The notes: a model not told the origin generated them from the letters alone. A DNA stretch of 64,000 bases from a virus (IMGVR_UViG_3300043416_000076:915-64914), one strand, 5' to 3'; positions 1 through 11,400 are shown, counted from the stretch's first letter. A program made the numbers and translations.

Positions 1-225
1 AACAGCTATCTTCCTCCTGTATCTTTGGGCGTTCCTCCTCCTAGTAAATCGCTGGGAGAAGACGTAGTGGGCTGGGTTGCTGCTTTGGTTTTGGTTGGGC
101 TGATGCTGCCACTGCTGGGTATGTTGTATCTGGACATACTAGAAGCCAAGCATGAGGTCAAAGCGCAGGTAGAGAAGGTAGAAAAACTCAGGCGTGAGCT
201 TGAACAGAAAGAACGGAATAAATAA
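1..225 (+). CDS. Membrane-anchored coiled-coil protein of the lysis region, 5'-truncated (frame is open from base 1)
   Basis: Frame 1 is open from position 1. A hydrophobic stretch (VVGWVAALVLVGLMLPLLGMLYL) is followed by a charged coiled coil. The stop overlaps the holin start. Confidence 0.6.
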   Translation, partial: NSYLPPVSLGVPPPSKSLGEDVVGWVAALVLVGLMLPLLGMLYLDILEAKHEVKAQVEKVEKLRRELEQKERNK

Positions 226-737
226 TGTTACCAATACTTGCATCCCTCCTAGGTAGCTTGGCCCAGAACGGGCTTGGTCTGCTGTCCTCTGCTATACAGG
301 CCAAAGGCAAGGAAGTCGTTGAGAACACGCTTGGCGTGAAGATTCCTGACAACCCAACCGCAGAAGACGTTTCCAAGCTGCGCCAGCTTCAGTTTGACCA
401 CGAAGAAAAGCTCCTTGAACTAGGCATTGAGAAGGCCAAGCTGGAGTTGGCTGAAATGGAAATGTTTGCCAAGGCCGCACAAAGTGATGCCGACAATGTC
501 ACGGATCGCTGGGAGGCAGACATGTCCAGTGACTCTTGGCTGTCAAAAAACATCCGGCCCATGTCCCTGATTGCCATTTTTCTGGGCTACTTTTTGTTTG
601 CCATGATGTCGGCCTTTGGTTTAAACGCCAATGAGTCCTACGTTTCCTTGCTTGGTCAATGGGGAATGTTGATAATGGGCGCATACTTTGGCGGCAGAAC
701 CATTGAGAAACTTGCAGAAATGAAAGGCAGAAAATGA
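225..737 (+). CDS. Holin, 3TM/GTA-holin-like
   Basis: Motifs DSWLSKNIRP and GAYFGGRTIEK with C-terminal TM helices; lies upstream of the endolysin. Confidence 0.75.
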   Translation: MLPILASLLGSLAQNGLGLLSSAIQAKGKEVVENTLGVKIPDNPTAEDVSKLRQLQFDHEEKLLELGIEKAKLELAEMEMFAKAAQSDADNVTDRWEADMSSDSWLSKNIRPMSLIAIFLGYFLFAMMSAFGLNANESYVSLLGQWGMLIMGAYFGGRTIEKLAEMKGRK

Positions 738-955
738 AAGCCAAGCTAACTTTCTTTGTGACCATGATGGTCAGCTTCACTTTGTGCGTTGTCATCATTA
801 GCATGGTTGGCGTTTTAATGACGGGTTTGTTTGACGAAAAAGTTGACAACGCTGAAATCTTTAAACTCATATCACCAGCATTTCAGACTATTGTCGGTGG
901 TTTTATTGGATTGCTGGCTGGTGTAAAACTGTCCCACGACGAGGAAGAAAAATGA
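734..955 (+). CDS. Small two-TM membrane protein (lysis accessory)
   Basis: Two hydrophobic segments; ATGA overlaps with both holin and endolysin. Confidence 0.6.
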   Translation: MKAKLTFFVTMMVSFTLCVVIISMVGVLMTGLFDEKVDNAEIFKLISPAFQTIVGGFIGLLAGVKLSHDEEEK

Positions 956-1293
956 GTTTATCTGACGAACAAGCCGCATTCCTGTTGGATGCCTGCAAAC
1001 TCATTACCTACGCCACGGAACAAGGCTTTAAGGTTACCGGTGGAGAACTTGCCCGCACCCCAGAGCAGCAAGCTATCTATGTCAAGACGGGTCGTTCCAA
1101 GACCATGAAGTCCATCCACCTCAAGCGGTGCGCCATAGACTTGAACTTCTTCAAGGATGGGAAGATAATCTGGGACAAGGCAACCATTGCTCCACTGGGC
1201 GCGTATTGGGAGTCATTGAATATCAAAAACCGCTGGGGCGGAAATTTCTCCAACCTTGTGGACTGTCCTCATTTTGAGCGTAACGTGGGTTAA
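952..1293 (+). CDS. Endolysin, peptidase M15 family
   Basis: SxH..(A)IDL zinc motif (SIHLKRCAIDL) and WGG...D.PHFE. Confidence 0.85.
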   Translation: MSLSDEQAAFLLDACKLITYATEQGFKVTGGELARTPEQQAIYVKTGRSKTMKSIHLKRCAIDLNFFKDGKIIWDKATIAPLGAYWESLNIKNRWGGNFSNLVDCPHFERNVG

Positions 1294-1295
1294 AA

Positions 1296-3674
1296 ATGCC
1301 ATTAACCAAAGTCGTATTCAAACCCGGTGTAAACAAAGAGAACACCCGATATACCGCCGAAGGTGGCTGGTATGACTGCGACAAAATTCGCTTTCGCCAA
1401 GGCACGCCTGAGAAGATCGGTGGATGGAGTCAAATCTCTGGGTATACCTATGACGGTACTTGCAGATCGCTGTGGTCATGGGCGTCCCTTTCCGGTATTG
1501 TTTATGTCGGGGTTGGTACTTACTTAAGGTTTTACATTGAAGAGGGCGGTCAGTACAACAACATTACGCCGATCAGGGCTTACGGTACGGGGCTGGTTGG
1601 CCCTTTTGCAGCTACCGCAAGCTCAACCACCGTCACGGTGACAGACGCATCACACGGCGCTACTGATGGCGATTACGTCACATTTCTTGGCGCTGTAGCT
1701 CTTAGCACGCAGACGTTTACACGCACAACTGCAACCAATTTTGTATTGTCCACGGCACTTGCAGCCAATACACCCGTTGTCCTCACAGTATCTACAGGCG
1801 GCGCTTTGCCGACCGGACTGCTGACTGGGGTTCAGTACTACATACAGGTAGTGTCCGGCACAACGATCCAGTTTGCCAACGTCCCCAGCGGTGCGGCGGT
1901 CAGCACATCAACGGCTGGCTCAGGCACATTCTCCCTGTATGTAAACAACGGCTTAACAGCAGATGTACTGAACCAGAGTTTCGCTGTTACTGTTGTGGAC
2001 GGCAACACATACACCATCACTACACCGGTAGCAGCAGGAGTCTATGACACAGGTAGCGGCGGGACAGTTAATGCCTACTATGAGATTCACATTGGCGCAG
2101 ATAATGCCCAGCCCATTACTGGCTGGGGTACAGGGTCATGGGGTTCAGGATCGTGGGGTACAGGGCAGTCTGGTACGTCTGCGGCTCGTCTCTGGTATCA
2201 AAACAACTTTGGTCAGGACTTAATCTACGGTTACCGTGGCGGAGCAATATATTACTGGAACGGCTCTATTGGCACGCAGCCATTGCCTTTTACTATTACT
2301 ATTGCCGTTCCCGGCGTTGTTACTCTGAGTTCCGGCTCCCTTATTGATGGCACGGCAGTTGTCTTAGAGTCCACCGGTACACTTCCAACAGGTTTGACGA
2401 TTGGCACAACTTACTACACAGGCGGAGCATCAGGTGCAACGGTAAAACTGGCTACATCTTTTGCCAATGCGCTGGCAGGCACATTCATTACAACCACGGG
2501 CACGCAGACTGGCACGCACTACATCCTGCCCAACGGTCTCCCGGTCACATCTTTGGGTGGGGCTTCAGATGTCCCTGCCCTTGCCAATTTTATAATGGTG
2601 TCGGATGCTAGCCGCTTCACAATAGCGTTTGGTTGTTCAGCCTATGCAGCCACAGACACAGTAATAGACCCCATGCTGATTCGCTGGTCTGACCAAGAGT
2701 CGGTAGTCAACTGGACTCCAGCGGTAACCAACCAAGCGGGCTTCCTGCGCTTATCCCACGGGTCGGAGATCGTAACCGCTGTTCAGACCCGACAAGAGAT
2801 TGTGGTCTTCACGGACACATCAATTTATTCTTTGCAGTATCTTGGCCCACCTTATGTCTGGGGTTCTCAGCTTCTGGGAGACAACATCTCCATAGCCGGG
2901 TACAACACCGCCATCGTTGCATCTGGGATTATTTACTGGATGGGTGTGGATAAGTTTTACAAATACGACGGTCGGGTTCAAACCCTGCGCTGTGACCTGC
3001 TTCGGTTTATTTACAGTGACATTAACCTTGACCAACAGGTTCAGTTCTTTGCTGGCACAAACGAAGGCTTTAATGAAGTCTGGTGGTTCTACTGCACATC
3101 GGGTTCTACGGTCATCAACCAATATGTAATTTACAACTACACCGAGGACATCTGGTATTACGGCTCATTGGGTCGGACAGCATGGCTGGACTCTGGCCTA
3201 GACAACTACCCGCTGGCGGCAACGTACAGCTACAACTTAGTCTTCCATGAGAACGGAATTGACGACAACACGACCAATACAACGCAAGCGATAGAGGCGT
3301 ACATCACCTCATCGCAATACGACATTGGGGACGGACACAATTTTGGTTTTGTCTGGCGTATCGTGCCTGACCTTACCTTCCGTGGCTCGTCTACTACAGG
3401 GTTAACTCCGCAAGTCACCATGTACTTACTGCCGCTTCAGAGTTCAGGCTCTGGGTACAACGACCCGGTGGAGTCTGGTAATCAGTCTGTGGGTGGAGTC
3501 AGCTACGCCAATGTGGATCGAATTGGTACGTACACCGTGGATCAGTTCACTGGACAGGTTTACACGCGAGTGCGCGGTCGCCAGATGGCTTTGAAGATTT
3601 CATCCAACCAGATTGGCACGATGTGGCAGCTTGGTGCGCCTCGTATCGACATTCGCCCTGACGGTAGGCGCTAA
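1296..3674 (+). CDS. Tail hub / DNA-stabilisation protein (P22 gp10 / tail tubular B-like)
   Basis: 792 aa, beta-rich; LIRWSDQES and related propeller-like segments; lies just before the ejection genes. Confidence 0.65.
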   Translation: MPLTKVVFKPGVNKENTRYTAEGGWYDCDKIRFRQGTPEKIGGWSQISGYTYDGTCRSLWSWASLSGIVYVGVGTYLRFYIEEGGQYNNITPIRAYGTGLVGPFAATASSTTVTVTDASHGATDGDYVTFLGAVALSTQTFTRTTATNFVLSTALAANTPVVLTVSTGGALPTGLLTGVQYYIQVVSGTTIQFANVPSGAAVSTSTAGSGTFSLYVNNGLTADVLNQSFAVTVVDGNTYTITTPVAAGVYDTGSGGTVNAYYEIHIGADNAQPITGWGTGSWGSGSWGTGQSGTSAARLWYQNNFGQDLIYGYRGGAIYYWNGSIGTQPLPFTITIAVPGVVTLSSGSLIDGTAVVLESTGTLPTGLTIGTTYYTGGASGATVKLATSFANALAGTFITTTGTQTGTHYILPNGLPVTSLGGASDVPALANFIMVSDASRFTIAFGCSAYAATDTVIDPMLIRWSDQESVVNWTPAVTNQAGFLRLSHGSEIVTAVQTRQEIVVFTDTSIYSLQYLGPPYVWGSQLLGDNISIAGYNTAIVASGIIYWMGVDKFYKYDGRVQTLRCDLLRFIYSDINLDQQVQFFAGTNEGFNEVWWFYCTSGSTVINQYVIYNYTEDIWYYGSLGRTAWLDSGLDNYPLAATYSYNLVFHENGIDDNTTNTTQAIEAYITSSQYDIGDGHNFGFVWRIVPDLTFRGSSTTGLTPQVTMYLLPLQSSGSGYNDPVESGNQSVGGVSYANVDRIGTYTVDQFTGQVYTRVRGRQMALKISSNQIGTMWQLGAPRIDIRPDGRR

Positions 3675-4330
3675 TGGCTACGTTTGATCCCAAGACGCTT
3701 GATTTCCGCAACCCGTTAGCTCCAAACCTACCGCTTGCTCCGATGGAGTATGAGCGTCAGTTTCAGGATCAGTTTGAAAACATTCTGCGTTTGTACTTTA
3801 ATCAACTTGATAATGCCTTTGGCTCTTTACTTGGCCCGACCGGCGGTAAGTATCTAAAGTTCCCTTACGGGGCATTCTCTAGCGATCAAGACCAAACCGC
3901 TGTTGCAAACACAGCTACGCTGATGACGTTAAACACTACAGATTTCTCCAATGATGTGTCAATCAGTTCGTCCAAGATTACTGTAGCAAACTCAGGTATA
4001 TACAACCTTCAGTTCAGCGTTCAATTAGAGAACGCAGACAACGCGCCGCAAGACACTTTTATTTGGCTTAAGCAAAACGGCGTAGACATTGTTGGCTCTA
4101 CTGGCAAAGTGGGTATGCCTGCTAGAAAAGGTGTTGGCGACCCATTTCATTCTATTTTTGGGTGGAATTACTTTGTAAGCATGACGGCAGGGCAGTACAT
4201 AGAAATTTACTGGTCAACAACCAACGCAAATGTCACCATCCAATTTTACCCAGCCTCTGGAACCCCAACCAAGCCGTCTACCCAGTCTGTCGTAGCCACA
4301 ATGTCATTTGTCTCAAGGCTTCCATCATGA
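3674..4330 (+). CDS. Virion structural protein
   Basis: Coupled to the tail hub gene; beta-rich C-terminal domain. Confidence 0.6.
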   Translation: MATFDPKTLDFRNPLAPNLPLAPMEYERQFQDQFENILRLYFNQLDNAFGSLLGPTGGKYLKFPYGAFSSDQDQTAVANTATLMTLNTTDFSNDVSISSSKITVANSGIYNLQFSVQLENADNAPQDTFIWLKQNGVDIVGSTGKVGMPARKGVGDPFHSIFGWNYFVSMTAGQYIEIYWSTTNANVTIQFYPASGTPTKPSTQSVVATMSFVSRLPS

Positions 4331-4336
4331 TACTAT
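4308..4336 (+). promoter_or_regulatory. sigma70-like promoter for the ejection-protein operon
   Basis: TTGTCT-17 bp-TACTAT with an extended -10 TG, 28 nt upstream of ATG 4365. Confidence 0.5.
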
Positions 4337-4364
4337 CAACCACCCCTGTTTAAATGAGGCAAAA

Positions 4365-5756
4365 ATGAGCCTACAGCACGCTGCAAAACACTTAGCTGCC
4401 CACGGCAGAGGCCCAGACACGGTTCTTGTTCACATGAGCAAGGGTGAAGTCAAGAGTTTAAACGACTTGGCTATGGCTCATGGCGGGCATCTCACCATCA
4501 ATCCTAAGACGGGTTTACCCGAAGCTGGCTTTCTTTCATCTATCCTACCAATGGCTCTTGGCTTTGGTTTAAACATGGCATTCCCCGGTCTTGGTCAGGT
4601 AGGCTCCGGCCTAATTACCGGCGCATTGGGCATGGCTCTAAACCCAAAAGGCGGTTTAATGGGTGGCCTGATGGCTGGCTTAGGCGGGTATGGCGGCGCG
4701 GGTTTGGGGCAGTCTTTGGCTGCGGCGGGTATGCAAGAAGCCACCGCCGCAGAGTTAGCCCAAAACCAAGCGTATCAGCAAGCACAAGCCACCGCGCAGG
4801 AACAAGCGTTGCAGCTTGGAGCAAATCCAACTACCGCAACGGGAATTGCAAATATACCGCTAACCCCCGATCAATACGCAGCCCAAGCTCAAAGCATAAC
4901 TGCACCATTAAATCAAATGAGTCAGGCTACAGCGGATAGGATTGCGGTTAATTCTGGTTTTGGTGATCCTAGTTTAACCACTAGCACAATGGGTAATCGC
5001 ATGGGAACCGCCTTTGAGGGGTTTAAAAGCTTAGGCGGAGAGTCTGGACGCGATGCATTTATGAACAATATTGGTGGACTCTCGGGTTTGGCTAAAACAG
5101 GCGCGATGGCTGCTGCCCCATTGCTTGCAGACGCAATGAAAGAAGATGCTCCTCCTGAAATAAAGACGGACAGTGACCCCGGTCAGCAATACAAATACGC
5201 AGCTAATCCAAGCAATCCAACGCCAGCATCCGACCGGTATGGGCGGGAACAAACATACTTTAATCCAACATACACAAACGCCGCTGCTGGCGGCATGATG
5301 GCTTCTGGCGGCATGGCTCTTGGGGGTTTAAGTAGTAATGCAGGGCCACTTTTAGAACGGCTTATGGGTAAAAGTTCTGGGGATCAACCCGGTGTCCCCG
5401 AAGGCTATTCATACGACCCTGACACCCAGCAGTACATAAAATTAGCATCTGGCGGCATCTCTGATGCCTACAACCTTGGCGGCTATTCAGATGGTGGTCG
5501 CTTGCTTCGTGGCCCCGGTGATGGTGTGTCTGACTCAATTCCTGCTGTGATAGGCAAGAAGCAGCCAGCCCGTCTGGCTGATGGTGAGTTTGTTGTACCT
5601 GCCCGGATTGTTTCTGAGCTTGGCAATGGATCAACAGAAGCTGGCGCACGCAAGCTGTACGCCATGATGGACAGAATTCAAAAAACCCGCAGCAAGACAG
5701 TTGGCAAAGGAAAAATTGCCAAAAACAGCAGGGCCGAACAGTATTTGCCAGCATGA
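4365..5756 (+). CDS. Internal virion / DNA ejection protein
   Basis: Start moved to ATG 4365 (GAGG upstream). G/A/M-rich membrane-interacting stretch, Q/A-rich helix, C-terminal GPGDGVSDSIPA...LADGEFVVPA block. Confidence 0.7.
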   Translation: MSLQHAAKHLAAHGRGPDTVLVHMSKGEVKSLNDLAMAHGGHLTINPKTGLPEAGFLSSILPMALGFGLNMAFPGLGQVGSGLITGALGMALNPKGGLMGGLMAGLGGYGGAGLGQSLAAAGMQEATAAELAQNQAYQQAQATAQEQALQLGANPTTATGIANIPLTPDQYAAQAQSITAPLNQMSQATADRIAVNSGFGDPSLTTSTMGNRMGTAFEGFKSLGGESGRDAFMNNIGGLSGLAKTGAMAAAPLLADAMKEDAPPEIKTDSDPGQQYKYAANPSNPTPASDRYGREQTYFNPTYTNAAAGGMMASGGMALGGLSSNAGPLLERLMGKSSGDQPGVPEGYSYDPDTQQYIKLASGGISDAYNLGGYSDGGRLLRGPGDGVSDSIPAVIGKKQPARLADGEFVVPARIVSELGNGSTEAGARKLYAMMDRIQKTRSKTVGKGKIAKNSRAEQYLPA

Positions 5757-6214
5757 GTTACGTCATCACCGCAGAGAAGTTTACCGACACGTACTTGGAG
5801 CTTGAACCCTTGTACAGGCAGCACTATTCTGAGATGATTGATCGTTTAAACAAAGAAGGTTTTGAGTACTCGCCATATAACCCAAGGCTGGATGAGTACG
5901 GCAAGTCCTGCGAGCGAGGGGATTTGTTGACTTTTGTGCTTCGGTTTGACGGTGTTGCCTGCGGCTACATCAATGTGTATGTTACGAGTGATATGCACAA
6001 CCAAGACCTGATAGCGCAAGAAGACACCATTTTTGTGGTCAAAGAGCATCGCAACGGAGTGGGCAAGAAACTTGTTCAGTTTGGATTGCAAGAGTTAAAA
6101 CGCCGTGGAGTTAAGCGGCTGCTTGTATCAGCAATGACTGATTTGCGGGTGGCAAAGCTTTGGGGCCGGATGGGCTTCAAGGAAGCTGCAACCCAAATGA
6201 TTTACAGATTTTGA
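5753..6214 (+). CDS. GNAT-family acetyltransferase
   Basis: Acetyl-CoA-binding-like motif (IFVVKEHRNGVGKKL) and LWGRMGF; ATGA overlap with the upstream gene. Confidence 0.75.
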   Translation: MSYVITAEKFTDTYLELEPLYRQHYSEMIDRLNKEGFEYSPYNPRLDEYGKSCERGDLLTFVLRFDGVACGYINVYVTSDMHNQDLIAQEDTIFVVKEHRNGVGKKLVQFGLQELKRRGVKRLLVSAMTDLRVAKLWGRMGFKEAATQMIYRF

Positions 6215-6223
6215 GGTTTAAAC

Positions 6224-8425
6224 ATGTGTAGTCCAGCACCATCAGCACCATCATCAACAACACAGACAACTGATCTGCCGGATTGGGCTAAGCCGTATGC
6301 CAAAGAAACATTGGCAAAGACTTCTGCGCTTACCGACATCAATCAAAACCCGTATCAGAAATACGGTGGCGAGCGGATTGCAGGCTTTCAGCCTATGCAG
6401 GAGCAAGCGTTTAAAACCATGAGTGGTATGGACGCAAGCCCAGAGGGCTTTGCTAAAGGCATTGGCTCTTACATGTCGCCGTACATGCAGAATGTGGTTG
6501 ATATTCAAAAGCGCGAAGCTGGTCGTCAATCTGATATTGCTGGTACTCAGCAACAGGCGCAGGCTACCCAAGCGGGCGCTTTTGGCGGTGGTAGAGATGC
6601 AATCATGCGGGCAGAACGTGAGCGCAATCTTGGTCAGCAGATGAATGACATTCAGGCCAGAGGCTCCCAAGCAGCCTTTGATCAAGCGTCAGGTCAATTC
6701 CGTCAGGGTATTACCCAACAATCAGGGCTTGCTCAAATGCAGGGGCAGATGGGTCAACAACAGCAGCAGCAAGAGCAACGCCCGCTGGATATGGCCTATC
6801 AGGACTTCCAGAACCAACAAAACTACCCGTATAAACAGTTGGGCTTTATGTCTGACATGGTCAATAGGCTCCCGCTTGGTCAGAAATCTACAGCGCAGGT
6901 ATACGACCAAGGCCCGGGCATGGTGCAGACTTTGGCGGGCTTGGGTGGCGCGGCCTACGGCTTCGGTAAATCGGGGATGTTTGGCGCAGAGGGCGGTTTG
7001 ATGGAGTCGTATGCTGACGGCGGGGTAACAAGCGACCAAAACGTAGAAAGTATTCTTGGCAGGCTCAGTGACCAGCAGTTGGCGCAAGCTAAAGAAACAG
7101 CGTTAAACCGCCGCGATATTGAACAAGCACAAATGATTGATGCAGAAATGGCTGAGCGTGCTTCGATCCGTGGTGGTCTGGGCGGCGCGTTTAACCAAAT
7201 CCCCATAGAGCAGCAAGAAGAAATGATGGCTGGCGGCGGTATTGTTGCGTTTGCTCCGGGCGGAGCTGCGAAAAGTAAAGACACCTATGGAAACAGGTTT
7301 GAACAAAGTTTGACCGACTTGAAAGCAATGTCTAATAAAGCCCCGGCAGAACAGACTCCAGAACAAAGAGATGAAGCTATTTCCGCCCGTATTCCAATGT
7401 TGGAAAAACGCTATGGCCCTGACATTACTCAACCATATTTAGAAGAAACTAAATCTAAACGGGCTGGGTTAACAGATCAAATGGAAAAAGACAAAGGTCT
7501 TGCTTTCGCTATGGCAAGTTTGGGAATGCTGAGCCGTAAAAGAACTCCGGGTGAAAGCCAGCGGAATCAACTTTTTTCTGGGCTGGGTGAAGCTGGGCAA
7601 ACATTTATCAGTGAAGTTGGCCGACTTAAGAAAGAAAACCGTGAGGTCGATGACAAGCTGCGTCAGTCTGAAATTTTGTTGGCTACCGCTCAACAATCTC
7701 GTAAGGAAGGCTTGATTAACAAAGCAGATGCTGAAGAAACCCGTGCACAAGATTTGAAGAGAGATGCGTTCAAAACTAATATTGATGTGCAAGGAAAAGT
7801 TGCCCAGCTTACAAGCGGTTTAGCGCAACAAGAAATGCAGGGTGCGAACGCGCTGAAAGTCGCGGGGATCACCGCCGCGGTTCAACGCGAAACAATGAAT
7901 AAGCCCGGCGAGTTGGAACGCATAATGGCCGACGTAGAAGCTATTCGCTCAGGCAAGAAATCATTTGCGGGTAAAACAGGCGAAGAAGGCGCTCAAGCTT
8001 ATAAAGAAACTCTTAGCCAAGTTGGTGAAGCACGGGGTGGCTATAGGTACTTGGGGCCAGATAAATCACCAGAACAAGCCGCAGCAATTAGAAAGCAGGC
8101 TTTGGATGACGACCGAGTGAAGGACGCTGGGCTTGCAATAATTGCGGCTGGTAGCGACCCCGTCAAAAAGCAAGCTGCACGAGAAAATTACGACCGTATT
8201 TTGCAGAGCGTTGAGCAGGGACTTAGAGATCAGATACAAGCTGGTAGGACGCAACGTGGCCCTGCTGATGCGACTACCGCACCGGCTAAATCTGCTGCGG
8301 CGGTGGGTAGAACTCCACCTCCAGCGGCTGTAGACATGCTGAAATCAGATCCTTCGGGCAAAAACAGGAAAGATTTTGACGAGATATTTGGGCCGGGAGC
8401 AGCAGCCAAAGCATTGGGGCAATAA
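6224..8425 (+). CDS. Internal virion / DNA ejection protein (Q/A-rich)
   Basis: 733 aa; AGAFGGGR motif, Q-rich helices; precedes the giant ejection protein. Confidence 0.7.
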   Translation: MCSPAPSAPSSTTQTTDLPDWAKPYAKETLAKTSALTDINQNPYQKYGGERIAGFQPMQEQAFKTMSGMDASPEGFAKGIGSYMSPYMQNVVDIQKREAGRQSDIAGTQQQAQATQAGAFGGGRDAIMRAERERNLGQQMNDIQARGSQAAFDQASGQFRQGITQQSGLAQMQGQMGQQQQQQEQRPLDMAYQDFQNQQNYPYKQLGFMSDMVNRLPLGQKSTAQVYDQGPGMVQTLAGLGGAAYGFGKSGMFGAEGGLMESYADGGVTSDQNVESILGRLSDQQLAQAKETALNRRDIEQAQMIDAEMAERASIRGGLGGAFNQIPIEQQEEMMAGGGIVAFAPGGAAKSKDTYGNRFEQSLTDLKAMSNKAPAEQTPEQRDEAISARIPMLEKRYGPDITQPYLEETKSKRAGLTDQMEKDKGLAFAMASLGMLSRKRTPGESQRNQLFSGLGEAGQTFISEVGRLKKENREVDDKLRQSEILLATAQQSRKEGLINKADAEETRAQDLKRDAFKTNIDVQGKVAQLTSGLAQQEMQGANALKVAGITAAVQRETMNKPGELERIMADVEAIRSGKKSFAGKTGEEGAQAYKETLSQVGEARGGYRYLGPDKSPEQAAAIRKQALDDDRVKDAGLAIIAAGSDPVKKQAARENYDRILQSVEQGLRDQIQAGRTQRGPADATTAPAKSAAAVGRTPPPAAVDMLKSDPSGKNRKDFDEIFGPGAAAKALGQ

Positions 8426-8427
8426 AC

Positions 8428-11400
8428 ATGGCAAACCCCTTTGCAAAATTTGCTCAGCCAGAGGTAGAGCAAAACCCATTTGCTCAGTTTGCCCGTCCGC
8501 AGGAAGAAACAGCCGCGCCTCAAAAACTAACACAACCACAAGAAACCACATCAAACCCACTCATTGGGTTGGTTGGCCGCACAGCTTCTTTAACCGGCGC
8601 TTTTGTAGATTCCGTGGCTGAGGTTGCCGAACGAGTCGGTGACAAATTGGAATTGGCTATGCCGTTGTCAGGCATACCCGCAGAAGACATCAAAAACAAA
8701 AAGCAGCTTCAGCCCCTGTTTGACTGGGCTAAATCGTTAAAAAATTATGATGAAAGCTTAGGCTACCAGCCAAGTACACAACTCAAAGAGTTAGGCAGCA
8801 ACCCACTTAATACTATTTTTTTTGTTGCCGAACGGGTAATAACGTCCGTGCCCGATATGGTTGGCGCAGTGAGAGCGCCTGTTGCTTACGTCATGGCGCG
8901 TACAAAAGAAATTTTGGACGAGCGCGTTAAGAACGACGAAAAAACGCTTGACGATGCTACTGTCGCAGACGTAACCGCTGCGGCTACCGCTGCTGTCATT
9001 GAGTCCACACTTGAACGCTTTGCCACCAAAGGTTTGTTCAAGCCCACTACCGCCAAAACAGCCACAGGCAGGATTGCCAAAGAAACAGGAATTCAGGCAG
9101 GTACTGAAGTTGTTGAAGAAGAAGCTGCGTATCTTGGTGAAGCCGCAGGAACTAAAAAAGGTCTCAGTGCAGAAGAAGCGTTAACTCGCGGTGCTGAAGC
9201 TGCAATCGTCGGTGGTGGTCTCGGTACTACTGTACAGGGCGCAAAGGAAATCTTTGCCCCTGAAAAGCCGCAGTCGGTTGAAAAGCAACGACAAACAATT
9301 CTTGACAGTTTGGCCTCTCAAGAAACAGGAGAACCCGCCGGTCTATTTGCAGATCAAGAAGGTGGTAAACCCGCTGGACAGCCCGGCCAAGAATCTCAAG
9401 TTGATCTTTATGCACAACGGGCTGCGGATGCGTTGGAATCCACAAACGCTATTGCGGGAAGAGGCGCTACTGTATCTGCAAAATACGGTGACGCAGATCA
9501 AACACTGCCGCCATCCAATGAACCTGCCGGATTGTTTGAAGACGTAGATACCGGCGCTGCTGCCACAACAACTCCCAACGCACCCGGTACTCCTGCCGCA
9601 CCTGCGTCGGCACAAACCCTTGAGGCCTACGGTGATTTTGTACGCCAGTACACCGACCTGAGAGACGAATACAACTCTCTACCTATGGGCCGGATAGATC
9701 AAGCGGGCATGAACCAGCGTGAGTTAATCCTAAAAGATTTGGCCGGAGTTATAGATGCCAACATGGGGCTTATCCGTAACAGGGGTGTTGCAGCGCAACT
9801 TAAAAACCCAATGTTTGACGGCTCGACGGTGTTGGCCAGACTTGAGCCAAATGCTGGCCAGCCTCGTGCAATGCAGGGTAACTTGTTTGGCGTGTTCCAA
9901 GCAGCTACCCGCCGCATGAAAAATGCTATGGCGTTGTCTGGGCAAAGTGTAGACGGGGCGATCACAGAGTTAGAAGATAACCGTGTCCGCATCCAAGAAA
10001 AGATTGACTCTGGTGGGTTTGATGATGCAACTATCATCAGTATGCGCCCCGCTGGTATGTCGTCTGGCCAAGCTCTCAAAAGTCGAGACTCAATCCTCCA
10101 AAACTTTTCACAGCGGTCAAACGCCGAGATTGATCAGGCGATTGATATGTTGCGTAGAGGTGTTGGCCAGCCCCGTGCGATGCAGAGTAATCTGTTTGGT
10201 TCGGAAGAACCGGAGGACAAACCCAAACCCAAACCACAAAAAGAACAAGTTGAAGAAGACTTATACGAAGACGAAGATAAAGAAGAAGTAAGGTACGACC
10301 AAAAAGGCAATCCTATCCGTGCGCCAAAAGTAGATACGGAACATGTTCCGCAAACAGAAGAAGGCGGCAAAATCAAAGGTTTCTTTGATTCCATCCAGTC
10401 TGTTTCTAATTCTCCGGCGGAACAAGAGCGTCACGGCAATTCTAGAAATACCGCTGCTGACACTATGCTGGAGTTTGATATTGCCCAGCCGGGCGAGACG
10501 ACCAGCGCTGGTGCACAGCAGATGCTCGACTATCTTGCCCGTCGTGTTGGTGGCCAAGAAAAATTAAACCAATTACTAGACGCGCTACAAAACGCAGACC
10601 CAGAGACGCAATCAGACTTACTAAAAAAAGCTGGGTTACCGGACATGACAGCACGTCGTGGCATGGATGAGTTCAGTTCACAGGTGCAGGAATATGTAGA
10701 CCAGATGATGGGTACAGGGGAAGGCCCGCTGTTTAATATAAGAACAAGTAAGATGCGCCCGTCAAAAGTTACTGGCACAAAAATACCGTACCAAGAAACA
10801 ATAACTACGGGTGCAATGGTAACCAGCGCCTACGCAACACCAAAAGGCGGCAAACCCCGCGAGCCAAGCCAAGCAATACGTGATGTAGTTCGTGACATAA
10901 ACGATAACAAACTGCGCCCAGCAGCTTTGATACTTAAGCAGATGATCGGCGGCAAGGTTTCTGCACAAGCCCAAGCTGCCATCACGTACTTGACCAATTT
11001 GAACCGGACTACATTTGGAGATGCCCTCAGAGATTTGGCGTTTGATCTTGCCTATTTTGAGGTAAACCGTAAACACTATGGCGCTGGTTCAACCTTTTAT
11101 AGAGAAGGTGGCGAGTACGCAAAAGACTTCCGTGCGTGGATTGCGGCTAACCTAGACCCATCTACATTGGAGTTGCTAGATGAGTTGGTTGCCGAGAACA
11201 AACAGAACGCTGGGGCAAAGAAAGAATATAGAAAAGCCAAGGCTGAGTACAACAAGCAGCTCAAAGCTCGAGTTGAAGAAGAAGGCGACAGAGCAGAGAA
11301 GAATGGGGCAAAGCTACCAAAAGCCCCAAAGAGAAAAAGAGAGCGCATCTCCAAGAAAATGTTGACGGAGATGGAAACGGAAGCGGGTGAAGGAGAAGAA

